In this document: positions 10,631 to 21,149 of the stretch, in pieces
Numbering within the stretch: position 1 is the stretch's first letter
Layout: each line of letters starts with the position of its first letter
Origin: Pseudomonadales bacterium
GTDB taxonomy: Bacteria; Pseudomonadota; Gammaproteobacteria; Pseudomonadales; Azotimanducaceae
Assembly: GCA_040905125.1 (NCBI GenBank)
Contig: JBBDSF010000111.1
Span: 13,058 to 77,057, forward strand
DNA: 64,000 nucleotides
Reading direction: 5' to 3'
Notes under the pieces: model-generated
Told to the model about the DNA's origin: nothing
Databases searched by the model: none
The model's input: only the letters and a program-made list of their open reading frames with translations
Translations under genes and position numbers: made by a program

Positions 10631-11551
10631 TCAATCAAGCAGGCGCTCAATTTCCGGCAGCATTCGCTTTACACACTCCCTTCCCTCATCAATGGCTTCT
10701 CCGGCGCGATAGAGTTCAAGCAAACCGATATTAGATAGTTTCGGTGCCAGTAAAATGTCCGGCGGGTCCCCGGCCATCCGGCTTCGAGTGATTCTGTCCT
10801 GCGTAATGTTGATGGCACCGGCGATGGAATTGATCAAACTCGGGGCTTGCTCGTTTTCGTCGGCACCTGAAAACAGGGAGCCCGTATATTCGCGGGCAAA
10901 GCTCGATATCCGGCCGGTGATACCGCTACGATTGTCTGATTGCTTTTTATGGGTGGTCTCAAAATGTTTACCGACGATATCGCCGTTCAAATTGACGGCA
11001 ATAATAAAATTAGCGCCCATGGCGCGACACAGGGATACAGGAACAGGGTTCACCAGACCGCCATCCATCAACCACTTGCCTTGATGTTTCTTCGGCGGGA
11101 ACAGACCGGGCAAGGCCATGGATGTCCACACTGCCATCTTGAGCGGGCCTTCCGTCATCCAGACTTCCCGCGCCGTGTACAGGTCTGTAGCAAGGGTCCC
11201 GTAGATCAACTCACGATCTTCGATCACTTCCCCTTCGACAGCAACGTATGTATCCAGAAAGTCGTTGAACCTTTCCAGATCAACAAACCCTGTAAGCCCG
11301 GCGTCGATGTCAAGGAACCGTGCCGCTTGCAACCGGGTTATCTTCCTCGCCCAGTCTTCCAAAGCTTCCAGGCGACCTGTCACCAGGGACGCGCCGATCA
11401 TTGCACCTACCGATGCGCCACAAACAACATCCGGTACGACCCCATGGGCGGCCAGTTCATTGATTATGCCTATATGAGAGAATCCGCGGGAAGATCCACT
11501 ACCGAGAGCCAGACCAATTCTTAATTCGGAGCGATCATTCATCGACAGCAA
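10631..11551 (-). CDS. Patatin-like phospholipase (RssA-like)
   Basis: GLALGSGSSRG oxyanion motif, GASVGA (GxSxG) nucleophile elbow and MDGGLVNPVPV (DGG) catalytic Asp motif. Confidence 0.85.
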   Translation of the reverse strand: MLSMNDRSELRIGLALGSGSSRGFSHIGIINELAAHGVVPDVVCGASVGAMIGASLVTGRLEALEDWARKITRLQAARFLDIDAGLTGFVDLERFNDFLDTYVAVEGEVIEDRELIYGTLATDLYTAREVWMTEGPLKMAVWTSMALPGLFPPKKHQGKWLMDGGLVNPVPVSLCRAMGANFIIAVNLNGDIVGKHFETTHKKQSDNRSGITGRISSFAREYTGSLFSGADENEQAPSLINSIAGAINITQDRITRSRMAGDPPDILLAPKLSNIGLLELYRAGEAIDEGRECVKRMLPEIERLLD

Positions 11552-11761
11552 CTTTCACTACGTTTCACATCCACGTGCCTGTATCCTTTGCAGTCAGTCG
11601 TTACAAACCGGATTTGGCGCCTTGACCAAATCGTCGGCTATGGCTTTTCCGGTTTCCAGGTTTTGGTATCGAATCTCCCCGGTTACGACATTGAACAAAC
11701 TTGATTATTACGTACCAGCCATGATACCAAATCACTGGGCTAAACCAACCGAAGCGATATT

Positions 11762-13129
11762 ATGACGGAATCCTCAATTGTACGTGTATCTCCGGAAGGA
11801 GATCTGGACATCCTGTCCAAGGCAGAAATTGCCAATCTTCTTGACACCAGCCAGAGCGGTTTGTATCGCATTTTTCGCAAATGTGCCCTCGCTGTTTTAA
11901 ATTGTGGTACTTCAATCGACGATGCCCGGGAGCTGATGGACCGCTACGCCAATTTTGATATCAGAGTACTTGAAGAGGAACGTGGCATTCGGCTGGAATT
12001 GATCAATCCACCGAATGGTGCATTTGTGGATGGCAAAATGATCAAGGGCATCAAGGAACATCTGTTTGCCGTGCTGCGGGATATCGTTTATGTCAGCAAC
12101 GAGATTTCCGGCAATCCCAATTTCGATGTGACCACGCCTCACGGTATCACCAATGCGGTATTTCATATCCTGCGTAACGCAGGGGTACTCAAGGCTCGCA
12201 CACCCCCTAACCTGGTCGTATGCTGGGGGGGCCATGCGATCAACCGTCACGAATATGACTATACCAAGGAAGTCGGGTATCACATGGGTCTTCGGGGGCT
12301 CGATATCTGCACAGGTTGTGGACCCGGGGCCATGAAAGGACCCATGAAAGGCGCGACTATTGGTCATGCCAAACAGCGAATTCGGGACGGGCGCTATCTG
12401 GGTGTGTCCGAACCGGAAATTATTGCGGCCGAGCCTCCTAATCCCATCGTCAACGAGTTGGTCATACTGCCCGATATCGAAAAGCGTCTTGAGGCATTTA
12501 TACGCATGGGCCATGGTATTGTCGTATTTCCGGGCGGCGTCGGCACCCTGGAAGAAATACTCTATTTGTTGGGCATCCTGCTGCATCCTGACAACCAGAA
12601 GATGCCGTTCCCGTTAATACTCTCGAGCCCTGCTTCGAGTAGCAATTATTTCACATTGATTGACGAGTTTATCGCCGCAACATTGGGCGAAGAAGCGCGC
12701 AAACATTATGAAATTATTATCGACGACCCGGAAGCAGTCGCGACCAGCATGCATAAACGTATTCGCCAGGTCAGAAAATTTCGCAAGGCGAGAGGTGATG
12801 CCTATTTTTTCAACTGGCTCCTGACTATCGATCCCGAATTCCAGCGGCCCTTTGAACCTACACACGAAAACATGCGCCAACTCTATCTGCATAAAGATCA
12901 GGAACCCTTTATGCTGGCCGCCAATCTACGTCGCGCTTTTTCCGGCATTGTTGCCGGTAATGTTAAAGACGACGGTATCCGGGCGGTCGAAAAAAAGGGG
13001 CACTTTGAGCTGTCCGGCGATAAACACATCATGCAACACCTCGATGACCTGTTCCGTGCCTTCATAGCCGAGAATCGTATGAAGCTGCCAGGGAAAGATT
13101 ATACGCCCTGCTATCGTCTTGTATCCTGA
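11762..13129 (+). CDS. ppnN: Pyrimidine/purine nucleotide 5'-monophosphate nucleosidase PpnN (YgdH, LOG family)
   Basis: 455-aa ORF collinear with my recollection of E. coli PpnN: VVCWGGH, CTGCGPGAM, AAEPPNP.VNEL and the PGGVGTLEE LOG motif. The C-terminal RRAFSGIVAGNVK also matches. Confidence 0.85.
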   Translation: MTESSIVRVSPEGDLDILSKAEIANLLDTSQSGLYRIFRKCALAVLNCGTSIDDARELMDRYANFDIRVLEEERGIRLELINPPNGAFVDGKMIKGIKEHLFAVLRDIVYVSNEISGNPNFDVTTPHGITNAVFHILRNAGVLKARTPPNLVVCWGGHAINRHEYDYTKEVGYHMGLRGLDICTGCGPGAMKGPMKGATIGHAKQRIRDGRYLGVSEPEIIAAEPPNPIVNELVILPDIEKRLEAFIRMGHGIVVFPGGVGTLEEILYLLGILLHPDNQKMPFPLILSSPASSSNYFTLIDEFIAATLGEEARKHYEIIIDDPEAVATSMHKRIRQVRKFRKARGDAYFFNWLLTIDPEFQRPFEPTHENMRQLYLHKDQEPFMLAANLRRAFSGIVAGNVKDDGIRAVEKKGHFELSGDKHIMQHLDDLFRAFIAENRMKLPGKDYTPCYRLVS

Positions 13130-13146
13130 CCGCGAGGATTGCGCTT

Positions 13147-14676
13147 GTGTATGACATAATTGTAGTGGGTGCCGGCAGTGCCGGTTCTGTTGTTGCTGCC
13201 AGGACATCTGAAGACCCGAACAAGAGCGTATTGTTAATCGAAGCTGGTCCCGACTATTCCGATGCCACGCAAACCCCATTCGATCTGATAAACAGCCACA
13301 ACAACTCATACGTGGATCATGATTGGGGGTTTGAATACGAGCCGACACCGGGCCGGCAAACCCGATTCCCGAGGGGACGAGTTACCGGCGGGTCAAGTGC
13401 CGTTAATACGACCATAGCGTTGCGGGGCATGCCTGAAGATTATGACGAATGGGCAGAAGCCGGTAATCCCGCCTGGCGCTGGGAGAACGTTCTGCCGGCC
13501 TTCAATCGACTCGAACGCGATCTGGATTTTGGCACCGAGGCATATCACGGCGACGCGGGGCCTATCACAATTCGTCGCTATCCGGAGCAGGAACTGCTGT
13601 CTCAACATCGGGGTTTTCTGGATTCAGCGAATGAACTCGGTTACCCGACATGCCCCGATGCCAATGCGCCTCAAAGCCAGGGCGCGGGGCCTCAGCCCAT
13701 GAATAAACTTGGCAGACTTCGGGTGTCCTGTGCGGTTGGATACCTTGCCCCGGCCCGTATTCGTCCGAACCTCGATATTCGCCCGGAGACATACGTCAGA
13801 CGCCTTATCATTGAAGACGGCCGGTGCAGCGGCGTTGAAGTCCAGAGCGCAGATGGTACCACTTCCCGGGTATCAGCCAGGCTCGTCGTGCTTGGCGCCG
13901 GCGCGATCATGTCTCCAAAAATTTTGATGCATTCCGGAATCGGACCTCGCGCCCAACTTGAATCGTTTGGTATCGATGTTATTCGCGACGTTCCCGGTGT
14001 CGGCCGGAACCTTTCCGATCATCCTGCGCTCTCCGTCGTCTGCACCGTAAAAGATCCGTCCATCGTCGACTTCGATCAACCATTGATCCAGACCATTTTG
14101 CGCTATACGGCCAAAGGTTCCGATAAACGCAATGACTTGCAAATCGAACAAATCAGTTTCGCCGGGAAGCCGGATGGTCCACCAATGTTTGCCATCGCCG
14201 CCGTGCTCGAATATCAGTTCGGGCGAGGACAATTAACACTAAGGTCGGCGGACCCGGCCGATAACCCCGTCATTGAGAACCGGTTTTGCGAAGACGATCG
14301 CGACGTTGAGCGCCTGGTTAGCTGCTTCAAGGACACGTTGGCCTTTACCCGTCGAGGACCATTGGCAGACATGATCGAATCGGTAACATTCCCGGATCCG
14401 ACACGGCCGCTCGATGATAACGACATCGCCAATCTCTGTCGGCGCTATGCAGGCAGCGGCTATCACCCCTGCGGCACGGCAAAAATGGGGCCTGTCAGCG
14501 ACAAGATGGCAGTAGTTGATGAATCTGGTTGCTGTCATGCCGTGGATAACCTGGTGATTGCCGATGCCTCCATCATGCCAGGCGTGCCGCGAGCCAATAC
14601 CAACTTGACGTGTATCATGATTGGGGAAATGATTGGAGAATGGCTAAGAACCCATCCGGGTTATTACGGACTTTAG
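13147..14676 (+). CDS. GMC-family FAD-dependent oxidoreductase (choline dehydrogenase-like)
   Basis: GTG start 8 nt after a GAGGA SD. N-terminal YDIIVVGAGSAGSVVAARTSED FAD fold. C-terminal GYHPCGTAKMG and ADASIMP motifs. Confidence 0.85.
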   Translation: MYDIIVVGAGSAGSVVAARTSEDPNKSVLLIEAGPDYSDATQTPFDLINSHNNSYVDHDWGFEYEPTPGRQTRFPRGRVTGGSSAVNTTIALRGMPEDYDEWAEAGNPAWRWENVLPAFNRLERDLDFGTEAYHGDAGPITIRRYPEQELLSQHRGFLDSANELGYPTCPDANAPQSQGAGPQPMNKLGRLRVSCAVGYLAPARIRPNLDIRPETYVRRLIIEDGRCSGVEVQSADGTTSRVSARLVVLGAGAIMSPKILMHSGIGPRAQLESFGIDVIRDVPGVGRNLSDHPALSVVCTVKDPSIVDFDQPLIQTILRYTAKGSDKRNDLQIEQISFAGKPDGPPMFAIAAVLEYQFGRGQLTLRSADPADNPVIENRFCEDDRDVERLVSCFKDTLAFTRRGPLADMIESVTFPDPTRPLDDNDIANLCRRYAGSGYHPCGTAKMGPVSDKMAVVDESGCCHAVDNLVIADASIMPGVPRANTNLTCIMIGEMIGEWLRTHPGYYGL

Positions 14677-14696
14677 AATGTCGGGAGCGACAAACC

Positions 14697-16187
14697 ATGA
14701 CAGATTTGGTCATTCGCAACGCACATATCCTCGACGGCAGCGGGGGCCCGGCCTTTGTCTCGGATATTGAAGTGGAAGACGGACGGATCAAGTCTGTGGG
14801 GACAGCCGGCAGCGGTAAACGGGAAATCGATGCCTCGGGCGCTTACTTGTCACCCGGGTTTATCGACACCCACGCCCACGATGACGGTGCTTTCATTCGT
14901 CACCCCGGGATGGAATTCAAGCTTGCCCAGGGCGTCACCAGCGTCGTCAGCGGCAATTGCGGTTTCAGCGCGGTGCCCGCCAGTCCGGGGCAGGATTCAG
15001 CCAGCGCAAGTGGCGGTATTCTTGCCGGTCTTCGGGGAGACTTTACGGATCTGAACGGCTACTTTTCGGCGGTGATGGACCGCAAACCTGCCATCAATAA
15101 CATGATGCTGGTGGGCCATAATACGGTTCGGGCCACCGTTATGGGTATGGAACGCCGGGAGCCCACGGCGGCGGAACTCGCTTCCATGCAAGCTCTGGTC
15201 GAACAGGCCATGGAGCAGGGCGCTTGCGGCTTTTCCACCGGTCTCATCTATCGACCGGGACGCTGGAGCCAGACCGAAGAAGTCATCGAACTGGCAAAAA
15301 AAGCCAAACCCTGGGACGCGTTGTATACAACACACATGCGCAATGAGGGCGACAAGTTGCTTGAGGCCGTGGAAGAGTCACTGCAGATCGGCCGGGAAAG
15401 TGAAGTGCACCTCCACATTTCACACCACAAGGCTGCCGGCAAACCGAACTGGGGCAAGGTCAGGGACTCACTGGCCCGTGTGGACGAGGCCCTGGCAGCG
15501 GGCCAAAAGGTCTCCCTGGATGTTTACCCTTATACAGCCGGCAGTGGCCGTATGATCGAATATTTTAATCTCGACAATATCAGCCGTGAATTTGCCCAAG
15601 TGATTCGAATCGCCAGCTGTGCCGCCTTTCCTGAGTTTGAAGGCCGCATGCTGACAGACATTGCTACTGAGAAAGATATGGATATCACAGAACTTGTACG
15701 CATGATTCTCACCGCACCGAAAGGCGATCGCACCCTGTGTATCCACTTTATTATCGATGAAGCGGACATAGAGACCAACCTCGGCTACCGGGACATGATG
15801 GTTGGGTCTGATGGCATTCCCGATTTACGGGGCACACCTCACCCAAGGCTTTTCGGCACCTTTCCGAGAGTGTTGGGGAAATATGTAAGGGAGCGCAATA
15901 CGCTGTCACTCGAGGAAGCGGTGCGGCGAATGACGTCTCTGTCGGCAGAGACGTTTGGCATGACCGGTCGCGGTAAAATTGAAGAGGGCTATTGGGCAGA
16001 TCTGGTCCTCTTCGATCCGGTCAATATTATCGATACCGCAACCTATGACAATCCCAAACAGGAACCCGTTGGTATACAACTCGTCGTGGTTAATGGCGAA
16101 ATTGCCTATAATGAGGGGGCACACACGGCTGCCGGAAGTGGCAGGATGTTACGCTATCGGCGCTCCGCATGGGGCGATGAGGTCTGA
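14697..16187 (+). CDS. N-acyl-D-amino-acid deacylase (D-aminoacylase) family amidohydrolase
   Basis: MTDLVIRNAHILDGSGG..., FIDTHAHDD metal motif and amidohydrolase fold. Start at the ATG at 14697 (GGGAG SD) rather than the track start at 14610, which overlaps the GMC gene. Confidence 0.8.
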   Translation: MTDLVIRNAHILDGSGGPAFVSDIEVEDGRIKSVGTAGSGKREIDASGAYLSPGFIDTHAHDDGAFIRHPGMEFKLAQGVTSVVSGNCGFSAVPASPGQDSASASGGILAGLRGDFTDLNGYFSAVMDRKPAINNMMLVGHNTVRATVMGMERREPTAAELASMQALVEQAMEQGACGFSTGLIYRPGRWSQTEEVIELAKKAKPWDALYTTHMRNEGDKLLEAVEESLQIGRESEVHLHISHHKAAGKPNWGKVRDSLARVDEALAAGQKVSLDVYPYTAGSGRMIEYFNLDNISREFAQVIRIASCAAFPEFEGRMLTDIATEKDMDITELVRMILTAPKGDRTLCIHFIIDEADIETNLGYRDMMVGSDGIPDLRGTPHPRLFGTFPRVLGKYVRERNTLSLEEAVRRMTSLSAETFGMTGRGKIEEGYWADLVLFDPVNIIDTATYDNPKQEPVGIQLVVVNGEIAYNEGAHTAAGSGRMLRYRRSAWGDEV

Positions 16188-16189
16188 CC

Positions 16190-16759
16190 ATGAATCGAAC
16201 ATTACTCACCGCAGCTTTTCTGGCCGCCGGGTTGATGATGAGCTCACTGCCGGTTGCGGCAGACAATTTTCCGAAACTGGAATCTGAAGCCAGAGAGATA
16301 GTCAGGCGCTTCGCCGGTGAGTTAAAACCGGAACTCAAGCATGCAATAGCGGAAGGCGGTCCTGTCAATGCCATCGAGGTATGTTCAAAGCGCGCACCGG
16401 AGATTGCCGGACGGCTGAATCGGGAAACCAACTGGACCGTCACACGCGTCAGCCTCAAACCACGGAACCGGGAAACGGGTACACCGGATGCCTGGGAGAA
16501 GGAGGTTCTCGAATCTTTCGATCGACGCCAATCGGCAGGTGAATCTCCAACAGATCTGGAACATGCCCAAGTGACCGAAGGAAACTTCCGGTATATGAAA
16601 GCCCAGGGTGTCGAACCTTTGTGTCTCACGTGTCACGGAAAGACTCTGGCGCCTTCAGTACAAGAGGCCCTCCAGACGAACTATCCTGAGGACATGGCAA
16701 CGGGTTATTCACCCGGCGAAATACGAGGCGCGTTCAGTCTGAAAGCACGCCTGAAGTGA
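16190..16759 (+). CDS. Secreted c-type haem protein, DUF3365 (Tll0287-like) domain
   Basis: Signal peptide MNRTLLTAAFLAAGLMMSSLPVAA and a single CLTCHG (CxxCH) haem-binding motif. The ATG lies 2 nt after the D-aminoacylase stop. Confidence 0.6.
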   Translation: MNRTLLTAAFLAAGLMMSSLPVAADNFPKLESEAREIVRRFAGELKPELKHAIAEGGPVNAIEVCSKRAPEIAGRLNRETNWTVTRVSLKPRNRETGTPDAWEKEVLESFDRRQSAGESPTDLEHAQVTEGNFRYMKAQGVEPLCLTCHGKTLAPSVQEALQTNYPEDMATGYSPGEIRGAFSLKARLK

Positions 16760-16831
16760 CATCCTGGTCATTAGGCAAGGTCCTGCGCACGACGATATCG
16801 GTGTCATGCCCCATAAGTTCGATGACGTTCG

Positions 16832-17815
16832 TTAACCTCGAATCAGTTCCTGTAGATCTCCATCTTCCTTCATCTTGTCGATAAATTCCTGCTCGTAAGC
16901 CATCTCCGGGTTACTGCGAACCTTCTCATCTATTCTGTGCGCATCTTCGCCAACCAAAATGCGCCACTTTTCCTTTCTGACACCGTCAAGAATAATATTG
17001 GCCGCTTCCGAGGCACTTAAAGGCGCGTTGTCTTTAAAATCCAATGCTCGTTGGTGCATGGCTTCGCGAATCTGATCATCATTCATGTTCATGATCTCTT
17101 CAGCCATTGGCGAATACATTCTCATCATACGTTCGCGTACGCCACGGACATCTTCATCGGACATATCCAGCGCTGCCGGTTTACCAAGTACCTTCCCTGA
17201 ATTTATCGCTATGGACGTTCCAATGTGTCCAGGCATCACCACCGACACATTGACAGGTGGTGCGTTTATCCGGAAGTCGGTGATCAGGGCCTCTGAAAAT
17301 CCTTTGACGGCAAACTTGGCGGCACTATAGGCAGTGTGTGGAATCTGCGGACCGAGAGACGCCCAAAAACCGTTAACGCTACTGGTATTGATCAAATGGC
17401 CTTCATTACTGGCAACCAACATTGGAACGAAGGCGCGACAGCAATAATAGACACCGAACCAGCAAACACCGAACGTTTTGTCCCAATCTTCCCGACCCTC
17501 TTCCAGGAAACTACCTCCACCACCGATACCGGCATTATTGAAAAGCAAATTTATGGCATCGCCATGTTCGCGTATAACTTCATCGCGGAAACGGAGCACA
17601 TCGTCTTCTACAGATACGTCACACAGGTGAGTAGTGACCCGCGTGCCAGCAGGTGCCTCCTCGTCACACAAGGCCCTGGTTTCTGCCATGTTTTCATCTG
17701 ACACATCGCACATAGCGACATGGCAACCTTCGGCGCTCAATTGTCTGGCCAGTTCGCGCCCCATACCGGTTCCGCCGCCGGTTACAACCGCTATCTTTCC
17801 TGTGAAATCTTTCAT
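16832..17815 (-). CDS. Short-chain dehydrogenase/reductase (SDR)
   Basis: TGGGTGMG cofactor motif, NNAG, and the YSAAK catalytic motif. Confidence 0.85.
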   Translation of the reverse strand: MKDFTGKIAVVTGGGTGMGRELARQLSAEGCHVAMCDVSDENMAETRALCDEEAPAGTRVTTHLCDVSVEDDVLRFRDEVIREHGDAINLLFNNAGIGGGGSFLEEGREDWDKTFGVCWFGVYYCCRAFVPMLVASNEGHLINTSSVNGFWASLGPQIPHTAYSAAKFAVKGFSEALITDFRINAPPVNVSVVMPGHIGTSIAINSGKVLGKPAALDMSDEDVRGVRERMMRMYSPMAEEIMNMNDDQIREAMHQRALDFKDNAPLSASEAANIILDGVRKEKWRILVGEDAHRIDEKVRSNPEMAYEQEFIDKMKEDGDLQELIRG

Positions 17816-17817
17816 AG

Positions 17818-18330
17818 TTACCCCGTTTGATCCTCGTTGTTCCCGCCAGTGGGCGCTAATGTATCACCTTCGGCACCATTGGTGCCGACCACAGCCTGGC
17901 CCTGAAATTTCGGCTTTGCCAGCCATAATGCTACCGCCAGCGCTATAAAAGGTATACTGACGATCGCTCCCGCAAGCAGCCCGCCAGATTGCGCACTGGT
18001 AGCTGTCCACACGAACATGCCGATGGCAACCTGAACCACATACAGCGAAGCCCAGGGCCACATCCACGGGCGCATCCTGTAAAAGCCCCAGGCGCCGGCG
18101 CCATAAATCGCCCAGTGTAGCGGGGCAGTTGCCTTCGCCGCCCAGCCTGTAAGGACAATACCGAACCAGACCTCCTGGTCTTGCGCCACCGGCTTAACAA
18201 ACAAATCGAACGGCAAATAGATGAACGTCATATAGAGACAGAACACCATCAGCGCATTTATCCAGACGGGCCGGCCCGCGAACAGTTTTCGCAACGTTTC
18301 CTTGACACGTTCCATCACCATTCCTCGCAA
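17818..18330 (-). CDS. Hypothetical integral membrane protein
   Basis: 170-aa ORF with about 4 hydrophobic, Trp-rich helices. It ends 2 nt before the SDR start, so it is probably co-transcribed. No family recognised. Confidence 0.5.
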   Translation of the reverse strand: MRGMVMERVKETLRKLFAGRPVWINALMVFCLYMTFIYLPFDLFVKPVAQDQEVWFGIVLTGWAAKATAPLHWAIYGAGAWGFYRMRPWMWPWASLYVVQVAIGMFVWTATSAQSGGLLAGAIVSIPFIALAVALWLAKPKFQGQAVVGTNGAEGDTLAPTGGNNEDQTG

Positions 18331-18367
18331 TACATTTCACCAATAATCATCCAGTATACCCAGCCTG

Positions 18368-18395
18368 CTTGAATAATTGAAAAGCGGCCTCACAA
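18368..18395 (+). promoter_or_regulatory. Candidate sigma32 (heat-shock) promoter for the sHSP-like gene
   Basis: CTTGAAT-N13-CCTCACAA compared with the consensus CTTGAAA-N13/14-CCCCATNT. It lies about 35 nt upstream of the ATG at 18429. Confidence 0.3.
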
Positions 18396-18428
18396 ACGTG
18401 TACAACAGCAAATACGAAGGAGACAGGA

Positions 18429-18986
18429 ATGAACAACCTGGCCAAATATGGATTGGTGGCCATCATCGCCTTTTTTTTGGGAGGCGGCGTGGTCTGGTAT
18501 TTTGCCGAACAACCTGAACCTGATCCCGTTTTCTGGGAACGTGAGATTTTTGACGATATGTTCGACGACGATTTCTTTCGTCGCTCCCGTGATCCTTTCC
18601 AGGAAATGGAACGACTCCAGGATGAAATAAGCAAGCGTTTCGACAGGAATCGTTCGCGATTCGAATCAATGTTCGATGACTGGTTCAGCAGGCAATTCGG
18701 TGACTTCCCACCCAACTCTATCGCTTTGAAAGAAGACGATGAACACTTTTATTATGAATTGGAAATTGGGGAAAATGATGTCGCCAATATCGACGTCGAA
18801 ATCGAAAACAAGATGATCGAAATCAACGCGACCACACAGTCGTCCAGCAACTCCGGCGAACGCTCATACGCCGAGATCAACCAGCGATTCCCCTTGCCCC
18901 CGGGAGTCGACCCTGCCAGCATTGAAGTCACCCACGAGAACCAAAAAATCGTCATCAGCCTGCGAAAAAAGGTTACGCGTCCATAA
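18429..18986 (+). CDS. Membrane-anchored small heat-shock-like protein (alpha-crystallin/Hsp20-type C-terminal domain)
   Basis: N-terminal TM helix [19 protein letters not shown]. The C-terminal beta-rich segment ([28 protein letters not shown]...[28 protein letters not shown]) resembles an ACD. AAGGAGA SD. Confidence 0.5.
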   Translation: MNNLAKYGLVAIIAFFLGGGVVWYFAEQPEPDPVFWEREIFDDMFDDDFFRRSRDPFQEMERLQDEISKRFDRNRSRFESMFDDWFSRQFGDFPPNSIALKEDDEHFYYELEIGENDVANIDVEIENKMIEINATTQSSSNSGERSYAEINQRFPLPPGVDPASIEVTHENQKIVISLRKKVTRP

Positions 18987-20910
18987 AGCTTTTGAGCTGC
19001 TCCGATCGGGCGGGATGTCGAAGTTTCCGGAGCGCCTTGGCTTCTATCTGGCGGATGCGCTCGCGCGTGACAGAAAACTGCCGGCCTACTTCTTCCAGCG
19101 TATGGTCGGTATTCATATCGATACCGAACCGCATGCGGAGCACCTTGGCTTCCCTGTCAGTCAGTGCCGTCAGCACATTGGTTGTGGTCTGGCGCAAGCC
19201 TTCATCCGTCGCGTGATCCATTGGAGATTCAGCCGATGTATCGCTGACCAGATTCCACATGGTGGAGTCATCATCATCTCCAACCGGCGTTTCAAGCGAA
19301 ATGGGTTGTTTGGCAACATCGAGAGCTTTGAGTACCTTATCTTCCGGCAACTCCATTTTCTCGCCAAGTTCCTCGATCGTGGGCGCTCGACCCAGTTCTT
19401 GAACAAGCTGGCGGGTAAGTCGATTAAGTTTGTTCACGGTTTCCATCATGTGAACAGGCACGCGAATGGTTCGCGCCAGGTCTGATATGGATCGCGTAAT
19501 CGCCTGGCGAATCCACCAGGTTGCGTAAGTTGAGAACTTGAAGCCGCGACGATATTCGAATTTGTCGACCGCTTTCATCAAACCAATATTGCCTTCCTGG
19601 ATAAGATCAAGGAAATGCAGTCCTCGGTTGGTGTACTTCTTGGCAATGGAAATAACAAGGCGTAAGTTCGCCTCGATCATGTCCTTCTTGGCAGCCCGGG
19701 TCTTGCCGATTGCACGAAAGAGGTGACGATTGATTTGCTTGATTTCCTTGACATCCAGTCCGGTTCTGTCAGAAATCTGTTTCATTATCTTGTGCGCGTG
19801 ACGAATCGATACCCGGTATTTGGCCAGTTCCTCACTATACTCCCGACCCTCGGCGATCAACTCATCGACCCAGTCCACATTGGTTTCGTTGTCCTCAAAA
19901 CGCTTGAGGAACTCTTCCTTGGGCATGTGCGCCTTCTCGACACAGAGTTCGCGTATCAGCTTTTCCTGCTTCCGGATCTTTTGCATATCTGACCGTATCA
20001 GGTCCACCAAAGGATCCATCTGTGCCGGAACAAGTTTCAGGGAAGAGAATATTTCGCCAACGTTATCAAGCGCCTGGTTGGACTTCTTATGGTGTCGGCC
20101 GTATTTGGCGATAACCTTCTGCGCCTTCTCGAACCGCTTTCTGATTTCCTTGAAACGTGCGTGGGCCAGCGCCGCGTCCGGGCCCTTGGTTGGCTCATTC
20201 TCGTCAGCTTTATAGTTGCCACTCGACTTGGCTTCGGCGACCTCGGACATGTCGGGTATGCTGTCTTCCGGGTCCAGAAACCCACTGATGATGGCGCTGA
20301 CTTCGCCTTCCTCGGCCATCACCCGGTCGTACTCATTTAAAACCTGTTCGACGATACCGGGGTAGTGGGCCATGATCGCCATCGTATCGCGAATCCCCTC
20401 TTCAATCCGCTTGGCAATCTCGATTTCGCCCTGGCGGGTAAGCAGCGGCACGGTTCCCATTTCACGCATGTACATACGAACCGGGTCCATGGTCTTGCCG
20501 ACCACCGAATCCATCGCCGCGAGGGCCGCCGCGTCGACGACTACTTCTTCGTCGTCGCTTTCCTCCTCGTCCTGGTATCCTTCTTCGCGTTCCGGGGTCT
20601 CCTCATAGACAGTGATCCCCATGTCCTCAAACATCTGGACGATGCTTTCGACTTCCTCGGTTTCCGCAATGTCGTCAGGAAGAGCGTCTGTTACCTGCTC
20701 GTAGGTGAGATAACCCTGTTTCTTTCCCTTCTCGATCAAGAACTTGATTCGGGCCTCTTCGGAGGACTCGTCCCCCAGCTCCTCATCATTCTCGATAATG
20801 GAGTCGCTGTCCGAGAGCGCCTCCATGCTGCTCAGATCTTCCGCCGTATTTTCAAGAGAATCGTCATCCAGAATGGAATCGAAATCTCCTTCGCGCGAGT
20901 GGCTGGTCAT
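18973..20910 (-). CDS. rpoD: RNA polymerase primary sigma factor RpoD (sigma70)
   Basis: 645-aa ORF with an acidic region 1, region 2 ([37 protein letters not shown]) and region 4.2 ([30 protein letters not shown]). Confidence 0.97.
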   Translation of the reverse strand: MTSHSREGDFDSILDDDSLENTAEDLSSMEALSDSDSIIENDEELGDESSEEARIKFLIEKGKKQGYLTYEQVTDALPDDIAETEEVESIVQMFEDMGITVYEETPEREEGYQDEEESDDEEVVVDAAALAAMDSVVGKTMDPVRMYMREMGTVPLLTRQGEIEIAKRIEEGIRDTMAIMAHYPGIVEQVLNEYDRVMAEEGEVSAIISGFLDPEDSIPDMSEVAEAKSSGNYKADENEPTKGPDAALAHARFKEIRKRFEKAQKVIAKYGRHHKKSNQALDNVGEIFSSLKLVPAQMDPLVDLIRSDMQKIRKQEKLIRELCVEKAHMPKEEFLKRFEDNETNVDWVDELIAEGREYSEELAKYRVSIRHAHKIMKQISDRTGLDVKEIKQINRHLFRAIGKTRAAKKDMIEANLRLVISIAKKYTNRGLHFLDLIQEGNIGLMKAVDKFEYRRGFKFSTYATWWIRQAITRSISDLARTIRVPVHMMETVNKLNRLTRQLVQELGRAPTIEELGEKMELPEDKVLKALDVAKQPISLETPVGDDDDSTMWNLVSDTSAESPMDHATDEGLRQTTTNVLTALTDREAKVLRMRFGIDMNTDHTLEEVGRQFSVTRERIRQIEAKALRKLRHPARSEQLKSFMDA

Positions 20911-21120
20911 AGGGCGTGAACTCCGTTCGTTTTAAATAAATATGTGGCTGAGACGTCCGATAGTTCGGGAATTTAAGAAACCTCCTTATCTGGTCGGGTT
21001 ATATAATGTTAGACACTATAAATTAAAGCCTTATCCCCCGATTATCTGTACATATCCATTTCCGGACCCTATAATAGCTTCGCCAGCGGTCTATCCAGGG
21101 CCTCTGGGACTTTGGCATGT

Positions 21121-21149
21121 ATTATCATTATCGTTCTCCGGAATGTCCA
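21121..21149 (-). promoter_or_regulatory. Candidate sigma70 promoter upstream of rpoD (TGGACA-N17-GATAAT)
   Basis: The minus strand reads TGGACA ttccggagaacgataat GATAAT, about 210 nt upstream of the rpoD ATG. Confidence 0.3.

Noticed and set aside
10631-11551. Patatin-like phospholipase considered as a CBASS-type defence effector.
   Set aside because: No cyclase, nucleotidyltransferase or other defence partner is adjacent. Its neighbours are an MBL hydrolase and ppnN. It fits the housekeeping RssA-like type.
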